Positions 27,647-35,265 of a stretch of 50,903 nt of DNA are shown here, piece by piece. Under the pieces are notes generated by a model. The model did no database searches. It was not told the origin of the DNA and worked only from the letters and a program-made list of their open reading frames with translations. The stretch is from a virus (taxonomy: Duplodnaviria; Caudoviricetes). Where the stretch lies: the IMG/VR virus record IMGVR_UViG_3300012920_000002, positions 1 to 50,903 of that record; one strand, written 5' to 3'. The translations under genes and the position numbers were made by a program. The stretch's first letter is position 1, and each line of letters opens with the position of its first letter.

Positions 27647-28851
27647 CCCTCAGCGACCTCCGAGACGCTGACGTGCAGCGGGCAAAAGCAAAGGGCGTGA
27701 GTGACCGACAGATCGGGAACCTCCGGGAGCAGTGGGAGAACCACCTCCTCCGGCTCCTCGGCAAGGGTCGAGACGCGCGCACCGTCGACGAGGACCTCCT
27801 CGAAAAGTACGTCGCCACCAGGCGCGGCGAGACGGGGCGGAAAAACGAGCGGGTGCGAGGGCAAACGATCATCCGGGAGAGGCAGGCCCTCTTTCGGGGG
27901 CTCCGGGTGCTGAAACGCCACCTCAAGAAACACGGGGTGGAGTACTCCCTCCCGGAGGCACCGACGATCAACTCCGATCCCCGAGACGCCAAACAGCGCG
28001 GCAAGCTCCACGATCTCGGGGTCCTGGCGCGGTGGCTGGCGGAGCTGGAGGGAGGCGGCCGACACACCGCCGCCGCTCAGGCCCGGATCGCACTGGAGTG
28101 TGGTCTCCGACGTGAGGAGATCGTCCGGTTCACCCTCCGGTGGTTGCAGCCCGGCGAGGCTGACGGGGAGTACTCCCTCCACCTCCCGGAGTGGGCGACC
28201 AAGGATCGCGACGAGAGAACGCTCCCGGTCTCGGAGAAGCTGGCCGGGGTCCTGGTGAACCTCTGGCGCCCGGGCCTCTCCGTCGACGCGCACCTCCTCG
28301 CCGGCAACTACCGACGGAGCTGGCGGAGTGCAGCCCGCGCCATCGGCTACAACCAGACGATCACCCTCCGAGACCTCCGGCACACGTTCGCGACCCTCTC
28401 CCTCCAGCTGGCCGGTGACCTCACCGCCACCCGAGAGGCCCTCGGTCACTCGGAGCTGGAGTCTACCCAGCGGTATCTGAGCGCGACTGAGGCACGGGTG
28501 AGGCGGGCTGGCCTGGCAGTCTCAGAGGCGCTTTCTGCCCACACCGCGCCCACACCGCCGCCGCCCACACCCCGCCCACACCAAACCCCCACCGGCGATA
28601 AGGCTGATGGGGGCTCGGTTTCTGGTAGTCGGGGTGAGAGGACTCGAACCTCCGGCCTCCTGCTCCCGAAGCGGGAAACAATCGACGGGATCGAGGTGGT
28701 ACGCCCGATTTCGCTCTGTCCTGACTGTATCTCATTGTTGAAGTCTGCGGGCCTCTGGGAACCTCTGGCCGCCGCTGGAGTGCAGGCTCGCCCACACCGC
28801 GCCCACACCACCGCCACGCGCTCCAAACTCCTCCGGCTGGTGGGGGAGTGA
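27385..28851 (+). CDS. int: Tyrosine integrase
   Basis: GLRREEI, TKD, LRDLRHTFA and LGHSELESTQRY catalytic motifs; N-terminal arm-binding-like YRHKKSDLWW. Confidence 0.92.
   Translation: MYLYRHKKSDLWWCEFRRRYGPAKGKKCRRSTGIPAPGEGARGYAASRKRASAAAEHIRVKVDAEDLLASERAGSTPAASPRVVPVLTLSDLRDADVQRAKAKGVSDRQIGNLREQWENHLLRLLGKGRDARTVDEDLLEKYVATRRGETGRKNERVRGQTIIRERQALFRGLRVLKRHLKKHGVEYSLPEAPTINSDPRDAKQRGKLHDLGVLARWLAELEGGGRHTAAAQARIALECGLRREEIVRFTLRWLQPGEADGEYSLHLPEWATKDRDERTLPVSEKLAGVLVNLWRPGLSVDAHLLAGNYRRSWRSAARAIGYNQTITLRDLRHTFATLSLQLAGDLTATREALGHSELESTQRYLSATEARVRRAGLAVSEALSAHTAPTPPPPTPRPHQTPTGDKADGGSVSGSRGERTRTSGLLLPKRETIDGIEVVRPISLCPDCISLLKSAGLWEPLAAAGVQARPHRAHTTATRSKLLRLVGE
28537..28809 (+). repeat. 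Six GCCCACACC direct repeats, putative integrase arm-type sites
   Basis: Copies at 28537, 28548, 28563, 28574, 28790 and 28801, in pairs with 11-bp spacing on both sides of the att core. Confidence 0.75.
28629..28672 (-). other. attP: attP core: 3' half of tRNA-Pro(CGG)
   Basis: Minus strand GC-TTCGGGA-GCAGGAGGCCGGAGGTTCGAGTCCTCTCACCCCGA gives anticodon loop, T-arm and acceptor 3' strand; no 5' half present. Confidence 0.88.
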
Positions 28852-28876
28852 TGCGCCTGCCCTCAGTGGCGCCTGG

Positions 28877-28906
28877 GACGGTCCGGCGGAATTCCGCCGG
28901 ACCGTT
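28877..28906. repeat. 30-bp palindromic element, type A
   Basis: Intergenic, between convergent int and the 28951-29214 gene. Confidence 0.96.
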
Positions 28907-28950
28907 GTCTGCCCACCAGCCCTCATCTGACTTGTCAAAAACGCAAGCCC

Positions 28951-29214
28951 TCACCCTGCCCCGCCGAGCTGGCGCCGGGCCTCGCCGGTCAGCCGGTAGC
29001 GCGTGGGGTGACGGCCTGGTCGGTCGCCACCACTCGACTGCAGCCGCTCGATCCCGATGCCGCCATCCTCCAGCGCGCGGAGGTCCTCCTCGATGGAGCG
29101 CCGGCCGGCGTTGAGCGCGGTGCAGATCTCCGCCATCGTCGGCGTCCCGGTCGCCAGCAGGACCACCAGCCGGGGCAGCCGGTAGCGCGGTCCCTTCCAC
29201 TCGCTCATCACCAC
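28951..29214 (-). CDS. Small winged-HTH protein
   Basis: PTMAEICTALNAGRRSIEEDLRALEDGG; GGAGG RBS. Confidence 0.7.
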   Translation of the reverse strand: MVMSEWKGPRYRLPRLVVLLATGTPTMAEICTALNAGRRSIEEDLRALEDGGIGIERLQSSGGDRPGRHPTRYRLTGEARRQLGGAG

Positions 29215-29272
29215 CTCCTCATCCTCGTGTACTGCGCTGACTATTCGCGGTCAATCTCTGTCCTATTCACCA

Positions 29273-29301
29273 TGTAGAGCGAATAATATTCGTGCTCTAC
29301 A
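29273..29301. promoter_or_regulatory. Inverted repeat in a divergent promoter region
   Basis: TGTAGAGC-GAATAATATTC-GT-GCTCTACA in an AT-rich gap. Confidence 0.5.
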
Positions 29302-29330
29302 GTACAATAGACACCAACCGAGAGGACAAG

Positions 29331-29573
29331 ATGATTGCTTCTTCCGAGATGATGCGCGCCGCCTGGGATGCTCACCAGCGCGAGAACCGCCCCGACATCA
29401 CCGCGCTCTCCGACAGCACTCACACCGCCCGCATCCCCCATGTCTGCGACCACTGCCGCGACACCATCCACGCTGGCCAGCGCTACCACCGCACCGTTCT
29501 CGTCGTCGACGGTGACCTCAGCGTCGAGAAGCTCCACGCCGACGATGCCGATTGCCGCCCCCGCTACTACTGA
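29331..29573 (+). CDS. Small Zn-finger-like protein
   Basis: TARIPHVCDHCRDTIHAGQRY...H...C. Confidence 0.6.
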   Translation: MIASSEMMRAAWDAHQRENRPDITALSDSTHTARIPHVCDHCRDTIHAGQRYHRTVLVVDGDLSVEKLHADDADCRPRYY

Positions 29574-29583
29574 GGAGACCCCC

Positions 29584-29928
29584 ATGCCCGCCCCTCGATT
29601 CATCGTGAACGGCCGCCTGTCCGTCCGTGTCAGGAACCTCGCAGAGGCTGCCGCCGTCGGCTTCGAGTCCGACGCAGAGCAGCCCTACCCCGCCATCATC
29701 GTCTCCCAGCCGGTGCGCTACCTGCCGGGGTTCAAGTCGACGGTGCCAACCACAGAGCCCGATCCGCTGCCCTGCGACGACGGCTATGACGACACCAGCG
29801 CCGATATCTTCCGCATGGTCTACCGCCGCCTCACTGCCGCCGGCTACTTCTGGGAGGGCACCTTCGCCGAGGACGGGGAGGACGAAGGCCGTCCCAGCGA
29901 TGGCGAGTACCACATCTTCGAGCGGTGA
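29584..29928 (+). CDS. Hypothetical acidic protein
   Basis: GAGGAG RBS; in frame with ORF 29368-29928. Confidence 0.55.
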   Translation: MPAPRFIVNGRLSVRVRNLAEAAAVGFESDAEQPYPAIIVSQPVRYLPGFKSTVPTTEPDPLPCDDGYDDTSADIFRMVYRRLTAAGYFWEGTFAEDGEDEGRPSDGEYHIFER

Positions 29929-30182
29929 AAGCACCGGCGCAGGCTGGCGTCACAAGAAAGATGAGATTTTCCGTCACACTCTGCCGAGCTGTGGCCATGA
30001 GGAGATGAGACGCCGCCGCGTGGCATCGAGTGCAGCCTCCGCCTCTGCCCCATCGGCGTCCCAGTAGCAGGCCGGCGCGCTGTCCAGCTCGTGACAGACC
30101 CCCTGCAGGCGCCCAGCGACCTGACGGAACAGGGCGAGGCCACCACAGGCCGGGCAGCGGGCAGTGAGGAGAGGCAGAGGCA

Positions 30183-30599
30183 TCACTCCGACGGTATCCG
30201 CCCCTCGGACTTCTGGGCCACCTGGTGCCGGCGCTTGCGAGACTCGGGCACGAGCTGGCCATCGACCACGGTCATGATGGGCACCGCCACCGTGAGGCTC
30301 TTCATCCACCGTATCGCCCGGCCGGTGGGGTAGATGTGCCGGGCAGGCCGGGCAACCGCTGTCCTCTTGCCTGGGTACTGCTTGAGGTAGCCCTTCGCGA
30401 TCAGTGCGCGGATGTGGCAGGCCACCGCATTCGTCGAGGCCACCCCAAGCAGATCGCAGAGTTCCGCGTAGGTCGGCATCGGGGCATAGATTTGTCTGCG
30501 GAAACAGAACAGAGACAACACCTCTGCCTGCCTGGGGCTCGGGGTCGCGGTCGAGGTCACCTTGATCTCTCTGATGGGGACTTCTCTGGGTTTGGCCAT
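30183..30599 (-). CDS. LexA-type DNA-binding-domain protein lacking the peptidase domain
   Basis: SPRQAEVL...PTYAELCDLLGVASTNAVACHIRALIAKGYL; 138 aa; AGGAGG RBS. Confidence 0.82.
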   Translation of the reverse strand: MAKPREVPIREIKVTSTATPSPRQAEVLSLFCFRRQIYAPMPTYAELCDLLGVASTNAVACHIRALIAKGYLKQYPGKRTAVARPARHIYPTGRAIRWMKSLTVAVPIMTVVDGQLVPESRKRRHQVAQKSEGRIPSE

Positions 30600-30614
30600 G
30601 ACACCTCCTGAGCA

Positions 30615-30630
30615 CTGAACACATACTCAG
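30615..30630. promoter_or_regulatory. Putative LexA (SOS) box
   Basis: CTGAACACATACTCAG (CTG-N10-CAG), 15 bp upstream of the lexA-like start. Confidence 0.65.
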
Positions 30631-30835
30631 TACCGTGAGCCGAAAACAGACGTCAACCGTATGGTGTCGGAGAGGCGAAAATAGATCTCTACCCTGAGCA
30701 GCCTCCCTGATTTTGGTCACTGGGTGTCCGTCTCTCCCTGCGGCATGCTGAGGCGGTGATCCCCTCCCCTGCGCAGCGGTGAGCCCCTCTCCATGTCCAG
30801 AGAGGGCGAGCCAACCACCCACTCTGCGGAAAACC

Positions 30836-30851
30836 CTGTGGATGTGTTCAG
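30836..30851. promoter_or_regulatory. Putative LexA (SOS) box
   Basis: CTGTGGATGTGTTCAG, upstream of the divergent ORF at 30902. Confidence 0.55.
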
Positions 30852-30901
30852 GGAAATTGCCGGAAATTTCTATCGGGTAATTTCCATATGGAAATCGCTT
30901 A

Positions 30902-31402
30902 ATGAACCAACATGGCATACCGCCGGCCGGAGCTTGGCATGCCTTGTGCAAACACTGTTCGATGATGCTGCCAGCACACCACGACCCGATCTATGAAGAT
31001 TGGGTTTCCTGTGCGATGGATCAGGCCGCCGCGGCGGCAGATCTGACGGTGCCGGCGTGTGTGGCTGACCTCGGGGCGCTGGTGTGTTGGCTGCGCCGCC
31101 TGGAGGTCGACCTGAACATGATGGCTGCCGGACTGTGGGGACCGATGCGTGCCGCCGGGGTCGACACCTGCCGGTCAGCAGTCTGCTACCAGTCCGCGCG
31201 ACTCGGGGTGTGGATGGGGCGGGCGGCAACCCGGGCCACGCTGGTAGCGTGCGCGGCCCTGCCCGAGGCCCTCCAACAGCGGCACGACGTTCCCGGCATG
31301 CTGGCCACCGTGCGGCGCCTCGAACAGATGCGCCGCACGGATGGCGAATTCCTGCGGCGTCTGTTGGGGCTGCTGGTCGACCTCGGGCACTTCGAGCGCT
31401 GA
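30902..31402 (+). CDS. Hypothetical protein
   Basis: 166-aa ORF; start uncertain. Confidence 0.45.
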   Translation: MNQHGIPPAGAWHALCKHCSMMLPAHHDPIYEDWVSCAMDQAAAAADLTVPACVADLGALVCWLRRLEVDLNMMAAGLWGPMRAAGVDTCRSAVCYQSARLGVWMGRAATRATLVACAALPEALQQRHDVPGMLATVRRLEQMRRTDGEFLRRLLGLLVDLGHFER

Positions 31403-31404
31403 GG

Positions 31405-31638
31405 CTACAGTGCGGTCAGTCCGCTGCCCGCGACCTCGGGGGGGACCGGCGGCCGGGGATCGGCCCGGATGGCGAGCACGATCCGTTCGGCGGTGTTCAC
31501 CCCACCGATGGTGGGCAGGGCATCGAACCACACCACCACAGCAGGGGGCATGGCAGCGCGGGCGGCGGTGATGGCGCTGGCGATGTCGGAGGCCTGTCGA
31601 GCGGCGGCGTGCACCTGCGCCGCGGTTGTGGTGCTCAT
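31405..31638 (-). CDS. Hypothetical protein
   Basis: MSTTTAAQV..., 77 aa at the end of the late operon. Confidence 0.4.
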   Translation of the reverse strand: MSTTTAAQVHAAARQASDIASAITAARAAMPPAVVVWFDALPTIGGVNTAERIVLAIRADPRPPVPPEVAGSGLTAL

Positions 31639-31940
31639 CAACGGCGACGGCTGATGCAGTCCGGCACTACCGAGCCCCACGCAGAGGGTCCAACCCGCGG
31701 TGCTGCCTTCCACGGTGATCGCAAACCCTGCGCTGTTGACGACGTTCTCTCCCATGATCCCACTCTCGGTCTATTGAATCGGTGTCGCATCGACGGCGGC
31801 AGCTCGGCGGGCGTGCTGGTCGGCGATGTCGTTGGCGGCCCGCAATGCGTCGAGGGCATCATGCAGCGCCGCCCATGGTTCCCGGTGGGGGTCGGTGCTC
31901 ATGCGGGGAATGGTGCCCGTCACCGGGGTCGGGGTGGCGT

Positions 31941-32516
31941 TCATGGCTGCAGCCTATCAGCGATGCGCTGCAGCTCGGGAGTCAGTCGGGTGTCAACCGC
32001 CGAGACAAACCCGCTGAGGATCTGCCGCACCTCGGCGAGGCTTCGCTGCATGTCGTCGTGTCCCCTGTTCAGGTCGCCCTGCTGCTCTTCCATCGCGGTC
32101 ACCCGTCTGTCGAGGGCGGTGAGGTGCTCCAGCAGTTCGTCAAAGCGCGGGGTGAGCTGCTCCACCACCCCGGCCGCCCACGCTGCCCGCTTCTCCGCAT
32201 CCGCAGCGGCGGCGCGACGCTCGGCGTCTTCCTGTCGAAGCCGCGCCAGTTCGGCCTGGTCCGCGTCGGTGAGGGCCGGGCGGGCTGCCGCCGGGATCGC
32301 TCGGCTCTGCGTGTGCTCATCGTCATCGAAGGGCGCCGGGGCCTTGCTCGGCAGCCGCACCAGCCCCGCCTTCCACAGCAGGAAGGCGCCACCCGCCAGC
32401 CCGACCGCCACCCATGGCCACGCCTCGAAGGGAATTTGACTGGCGATGGTCTTGACGTCCTGCCCCCATGCAGACAGGGGCAGCAGCAACAGGGCAGTGG
32501 CGACAACGGCGATCAT
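31941..32516 (-). CDS. Membrane-anchored coiled-coil protein (lysis module; spanin-like?)
   Basis: Signal/TM helices followed by a coiled coil; follows the holin. Confidence 0.55.
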   Translation of the reverse strand: MIAVVATALLLLPLSAWGQDVKTIASQIPFEAWPWVAVGLAGGAFLLWKAGLVRLPSKAPAPFDDDEHTQSRAIPAAARPALTDADQAELARLRQEDAERRAAAADAEKRAAWAAGVVEQLTPRFDELLEHLTALDRRVTAMEEQQGDLNRGHDDMQRSLAEVRQILSGFVSAVDTRLTPELQRIADRLQP

Positions 32517-32812
32517 CTGGGGGCCTCCACGGGCTCGGGGCGCAATTCAGGGGGGACCGTGAATGGCCCCTCGGGGGGCGCGGGGGGCTTCGATGCGGCG
32601 CCCCGAGCCTCGATCTCCTTGCTCTTCACGCCCCAGTCCTGACCGAAGTAGATCCCGGTCACCCCGAGAACCAACGTCGTCAGGGTGCCGCCGTCGATGA
32701 GCCCAAGCCACAACGACGCGAACGACGCCACCAAGCAGGACATCGACATCACAAAGCGCCGGTAGTCCAGCCGGGCCGTCGGATCCGCGAGCAGGGAAAC
32801 CAACCGGGCCAC
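32513..32812 (-). CDS. Putative holin
   Basis: 99 aa, two TM helices, charged C-terminus, next to PG-binding proteins. Confidence 0.6.
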   Translation of the reverse strand: MARLVSLLADPTARLDYRRFVMSMSCLVASFASLWLGLIDGGTLTTLVLGVTGIYFGQDWGVKSKEIEARGAASKPPAPPEGPFTVPPELRPEPVEAPR

Positions 32813-32815
32813 GGC

Positions 32816-33160
32816 TCAGATCTCCGACCGCTGCTTTGCGCGGGTCCAGGCCCGGGTCAGCCACTCCTCCAGCCGGGGGCCGTCGCGCTTCTCCAGCCGG
32901 TCAGCGACCGACCTCAACACCGGCGACAGCTCGGCCATCCAGTCCCAGGTGATCAGCTCGTCCAGCTCGCTGGCGACGAAGGCGATCGCCTCCTTCTCGG
33001 AGACCTGCATCATGTCCATCATGGTGCGGACGTACTGCACCGCCATCGGCTCCAGGTTCTGCAGGAGCCCAAGGAAGCGCAGGCCGGGGCGCTGCCCCCT
33101 GCTCTGCTGAAAGTCCTCGATGAGCGCGAAGAGGTCAGTGTGAAGGGTCGCGGTGAGCAT
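32816..33160 (-). CDS. Hypothetical protein (lysis module)
   Basis: 114 aa, CCGGAG RBS. Confidence 0.6.
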   Translation of the reverse strand: MLTATLHTDLFALIEDFQQSRGQRPGLRFLGLLQNLEPMAVQYVRTMMDMMQVSEKEAIAFVASELDELITWDWMAELSPVLRSVADRLEKRDGPRLEEWLTRAWTRAKQRSEI

Positions 33161-33162
33161 GG

Positions 33163-34152
33163 TCAGCTCCGGGGTGTCGTCGGCGTGGTCGCCGCGGGGG
33201 TGAGGTCGACCGGGGCACCGAGCCCCAGCCAGTCAGAGTCCCCGACGTGGGGACGGGTGGTCGTGGTGCCCCGGACAGCCCTCCAGGCCAGCAGGGCCCG
33301 GGCGGTCGCGGGGCCAAAGAGTCCGTCCGGCTGCAGTGGGTGCCCGGCGTTCGTCAGCAGGCCCTGCAGGACCGTGACGCGCCGCCCCCGGCAGCCGGGA
33401 CGCAGCAGGGGCCACCAGGCCCCGGGCATGCCCGCCTCCAGCCAGCGGAACAGGTCTGTGCCGGGCCAATGCAGACAGGGGATGCCCTCCCGGGGACGGA
33501 TGGAGAGGTGTCCCTTCCCCAGGCGCAGGAAGTCACCCCAGGCGGCAGCCAGTGGCCCCCAGCAGCCCTCGGACAGCCCCATCGCGTGCATCAGCACCGA
33601 GAGGTTCTGCAGGGAGAGGCCGCCGGCGATCAGCTCCTGCAGGGAGACCTCGCCGTCGACGTCCAGGTCCCGGGCGACGACGATCTGCCCGTCTCGCGCT
33701 CGGAAGACCTCGGCGGCGTCCTCGTCGTAGCCAAAATTGGAGAGCCAGTACCGGTGCAGGCCGTCGCAGATCTGGGCGGCGCCGTTCGTGTTGCCGGCGC
33801 TCTTCCGGTCCGCGTTCACCTTCCCCCGGCTGACTCCGATGCGCAGCTCACCGCCGGCCACCCACAGCGCGACGACCATGTCATCGCCCCGGAGCTGCTG
33901 CTGGCTGCCCGTCGCCGGCTGCAGGCCGACCACCGGGGAGGGCTGCCTGGAGGCCTTCCCATCCCGGTAGACCGCGGAGAACGCCCCCTCGTGGGTCAGG
34001 ACGCTGTCTCCGGCGCTCTCCCAGGTTGGGATCACCCCGGAGAGGCCGGCGAAGAGGGCCTCTCCGTCCTGGGTGGGGAGCGCCTCGGGGTAGCCGAGCA
34101 GGGCAACGTAGCGCGCGAAGTGCTCGGCGCGGAAGGTTCGGCCGAGGGTCAC
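33163..34152 (-). CDS. Putative endolysin with C-terminal peptidoglycan-binding domain
   Basis: LLRPGCRGRRVTVLQGLL...DGLFGPATARAL (PG_binding_1 pattern); H...SEGC motif. Confidence 0.7.
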   Translation of the reverse strand: MTLGRTFRAEHFARYVALLGYPEALPTQDGEALFAGLSGVIPTWESAGDSVLTHEGAFSAVYRDGKASRQPSPVVGLQPATGSQQQLRGDDMVVALWVAGGELRIGVSRGKVNADRKSAGNTNGAAQICDGLHRYWLSNFGYDEDAAEVFRARDGQIVVARDLDVDGEVSLQELIAGGLSLQNLSVLMHAMGLSEGCWGPLAAAWGDFLRLGKGHLSIRPREGIPCLHWPGTDLFRWLEAGMPGAWWPLLRPGCRGRRVTVLQGLLTNAGHPLQPDGLFGPATARALLAWRAVRGTTTTRPHVGDSDWLGLGAPVDLTPAATTPTTPRS

Positions 34153-35132
34153 ATGGCCCTCCAGGAGGCCGGTGCCGCGGCAGGAACGGCCGGCGGCAGG
34201 GCTGGGACAGCGGAGACCCCGGAGAACTGGCGGGCGGCGCGCTCCAGGTAGCGCCACTCCCGGGCGGTCACCGCCGGGACGGGGTTCGGGTCACGCTGGA
34301 AGGCCCTGAGCTGGGAGAGGGCCAGGGTTGTCCGCCAGCCGAAGACGCCGGTCTGCGGCAGCGGGTTCGCCTGGTCCAGCAGCGACAGCAGCTCCTGGGC
34401 ACGCTTGACCCAGGGGGAGCGCGCGCCTGCTCGGAGTTCCGGCCGCCAGGAAGCCAGGTCGCCGTTCCGGTCCTCATCGAGCCAGCGCAGCAGGTCCCCG
34501 CCGGGGAGGACGTGCAACCAGCCCCCTGCCGGGAGCCGTTCCCGGATCAGCCTCCAGGCGGCGTCCGCGTTCGGTCCGTCCGGGCCGCGCTTGTGGTCGA
34601 GGTGCAAGGGCCGGGTGTGGGCGCCCTGGAAGGGGGAGAGGCCCGCCGGGATGACGGCAGAGAGCGTCGGCATCGGCTCCGCGAAGGGGCCGGAGAGGAA
34701 GGGGGCCGCACCTGCGGCGGGGGTGAGCTGCTCACCGTCAGGGATCTGCCGCCAGTCGTAGCGGTGCAGCCCATCTGCCAGCCGGCCGAACTCCCACCGC
34801 AGGGTGCCGGGGTGGCAGTTGACGGCGGCGATGGTGGCGAGGCCCTGGTTCCGCCACGCCATCAGGAGCACACAGCCGCCCTGGCTGCGTCTCAGGGCGA
34901 CCCGATCGCTCAGGTCCGCGTGCACCGTGCCGTCCTGCCAGCCGTAGGCGAGGATCCCGCCGTGGATGTGCAGCCGCCCGGCTCTCCGGCTGCTCCAGAC
35001 CTTCACCCCGTCCAACAGCACCAGGGCCTGCTCCGGGAGGCGTCCCTGGCTGTGGTGAGCGATGAACCGGAGCGCATCGGCAGCGGTCAGGTCGAGCAGC
35101 TCAGGGATCGATGAAGCGGCGGCGGCGGTCAT
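34149..35132 (-). CDS. Second peptidoglycan-binding-domain protein
   Basis: ELRAGARSPWVKRAQELL...TGVFGWRT...RAFQ. Confidence 0.6.
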   Translation of the reverse strand: MTAAAASSIPELLDLTAADALRFIAHHSQGRLPEQALVLLDGVKVWSSRRAGRLHIHGGILAYGWQDGTVHADLSDRVALRRSQGGCVLLMAWRNQGLATIAAVNCHPGTLRWEFGRLADGLHRYDWRQIPDGEQLTPAAGAAPFLSGPFAEPMPTLSAVIPAGLSPFQGAHTRPLHLDHKRGPDGPNADAAWRLIRERLPAGGWLHVLPGGDLLRWLDEDRNGDLASWRPELRAGARSPWVKRAQELLSLLDQANPLPQTGVFGWRTTLALSQLRAFQRDPNPVPAVTAREWRYLERAARQFSGVSAVPALPPAVPAAAPASWRAM

Positions 35133-35265
35133 CACAGGCTCCGGGCGTCGGTGAGACGGAGGGTCGGCGGCGGAGAGGTGGGGAGGGCGCACCCCCATTG
35201 AGAAACGCACCCTCCCCCAGCACCCGGGACTCTCCGCCGCCAAGCCGGCCCCAGGCGCCTTTTCA

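Noticed and set aside
28629-28672. Functional tRNA-Pro gene
   Set aside because: Only the 3' half is present (no D-arm or 5' acceptor strand), so it is interpreted as attP.
32528-32561. Highly degenerate palindrome-like sequence in the holin 3' end
   Set aside because: Too many mismatches to the arms to count as a family member.
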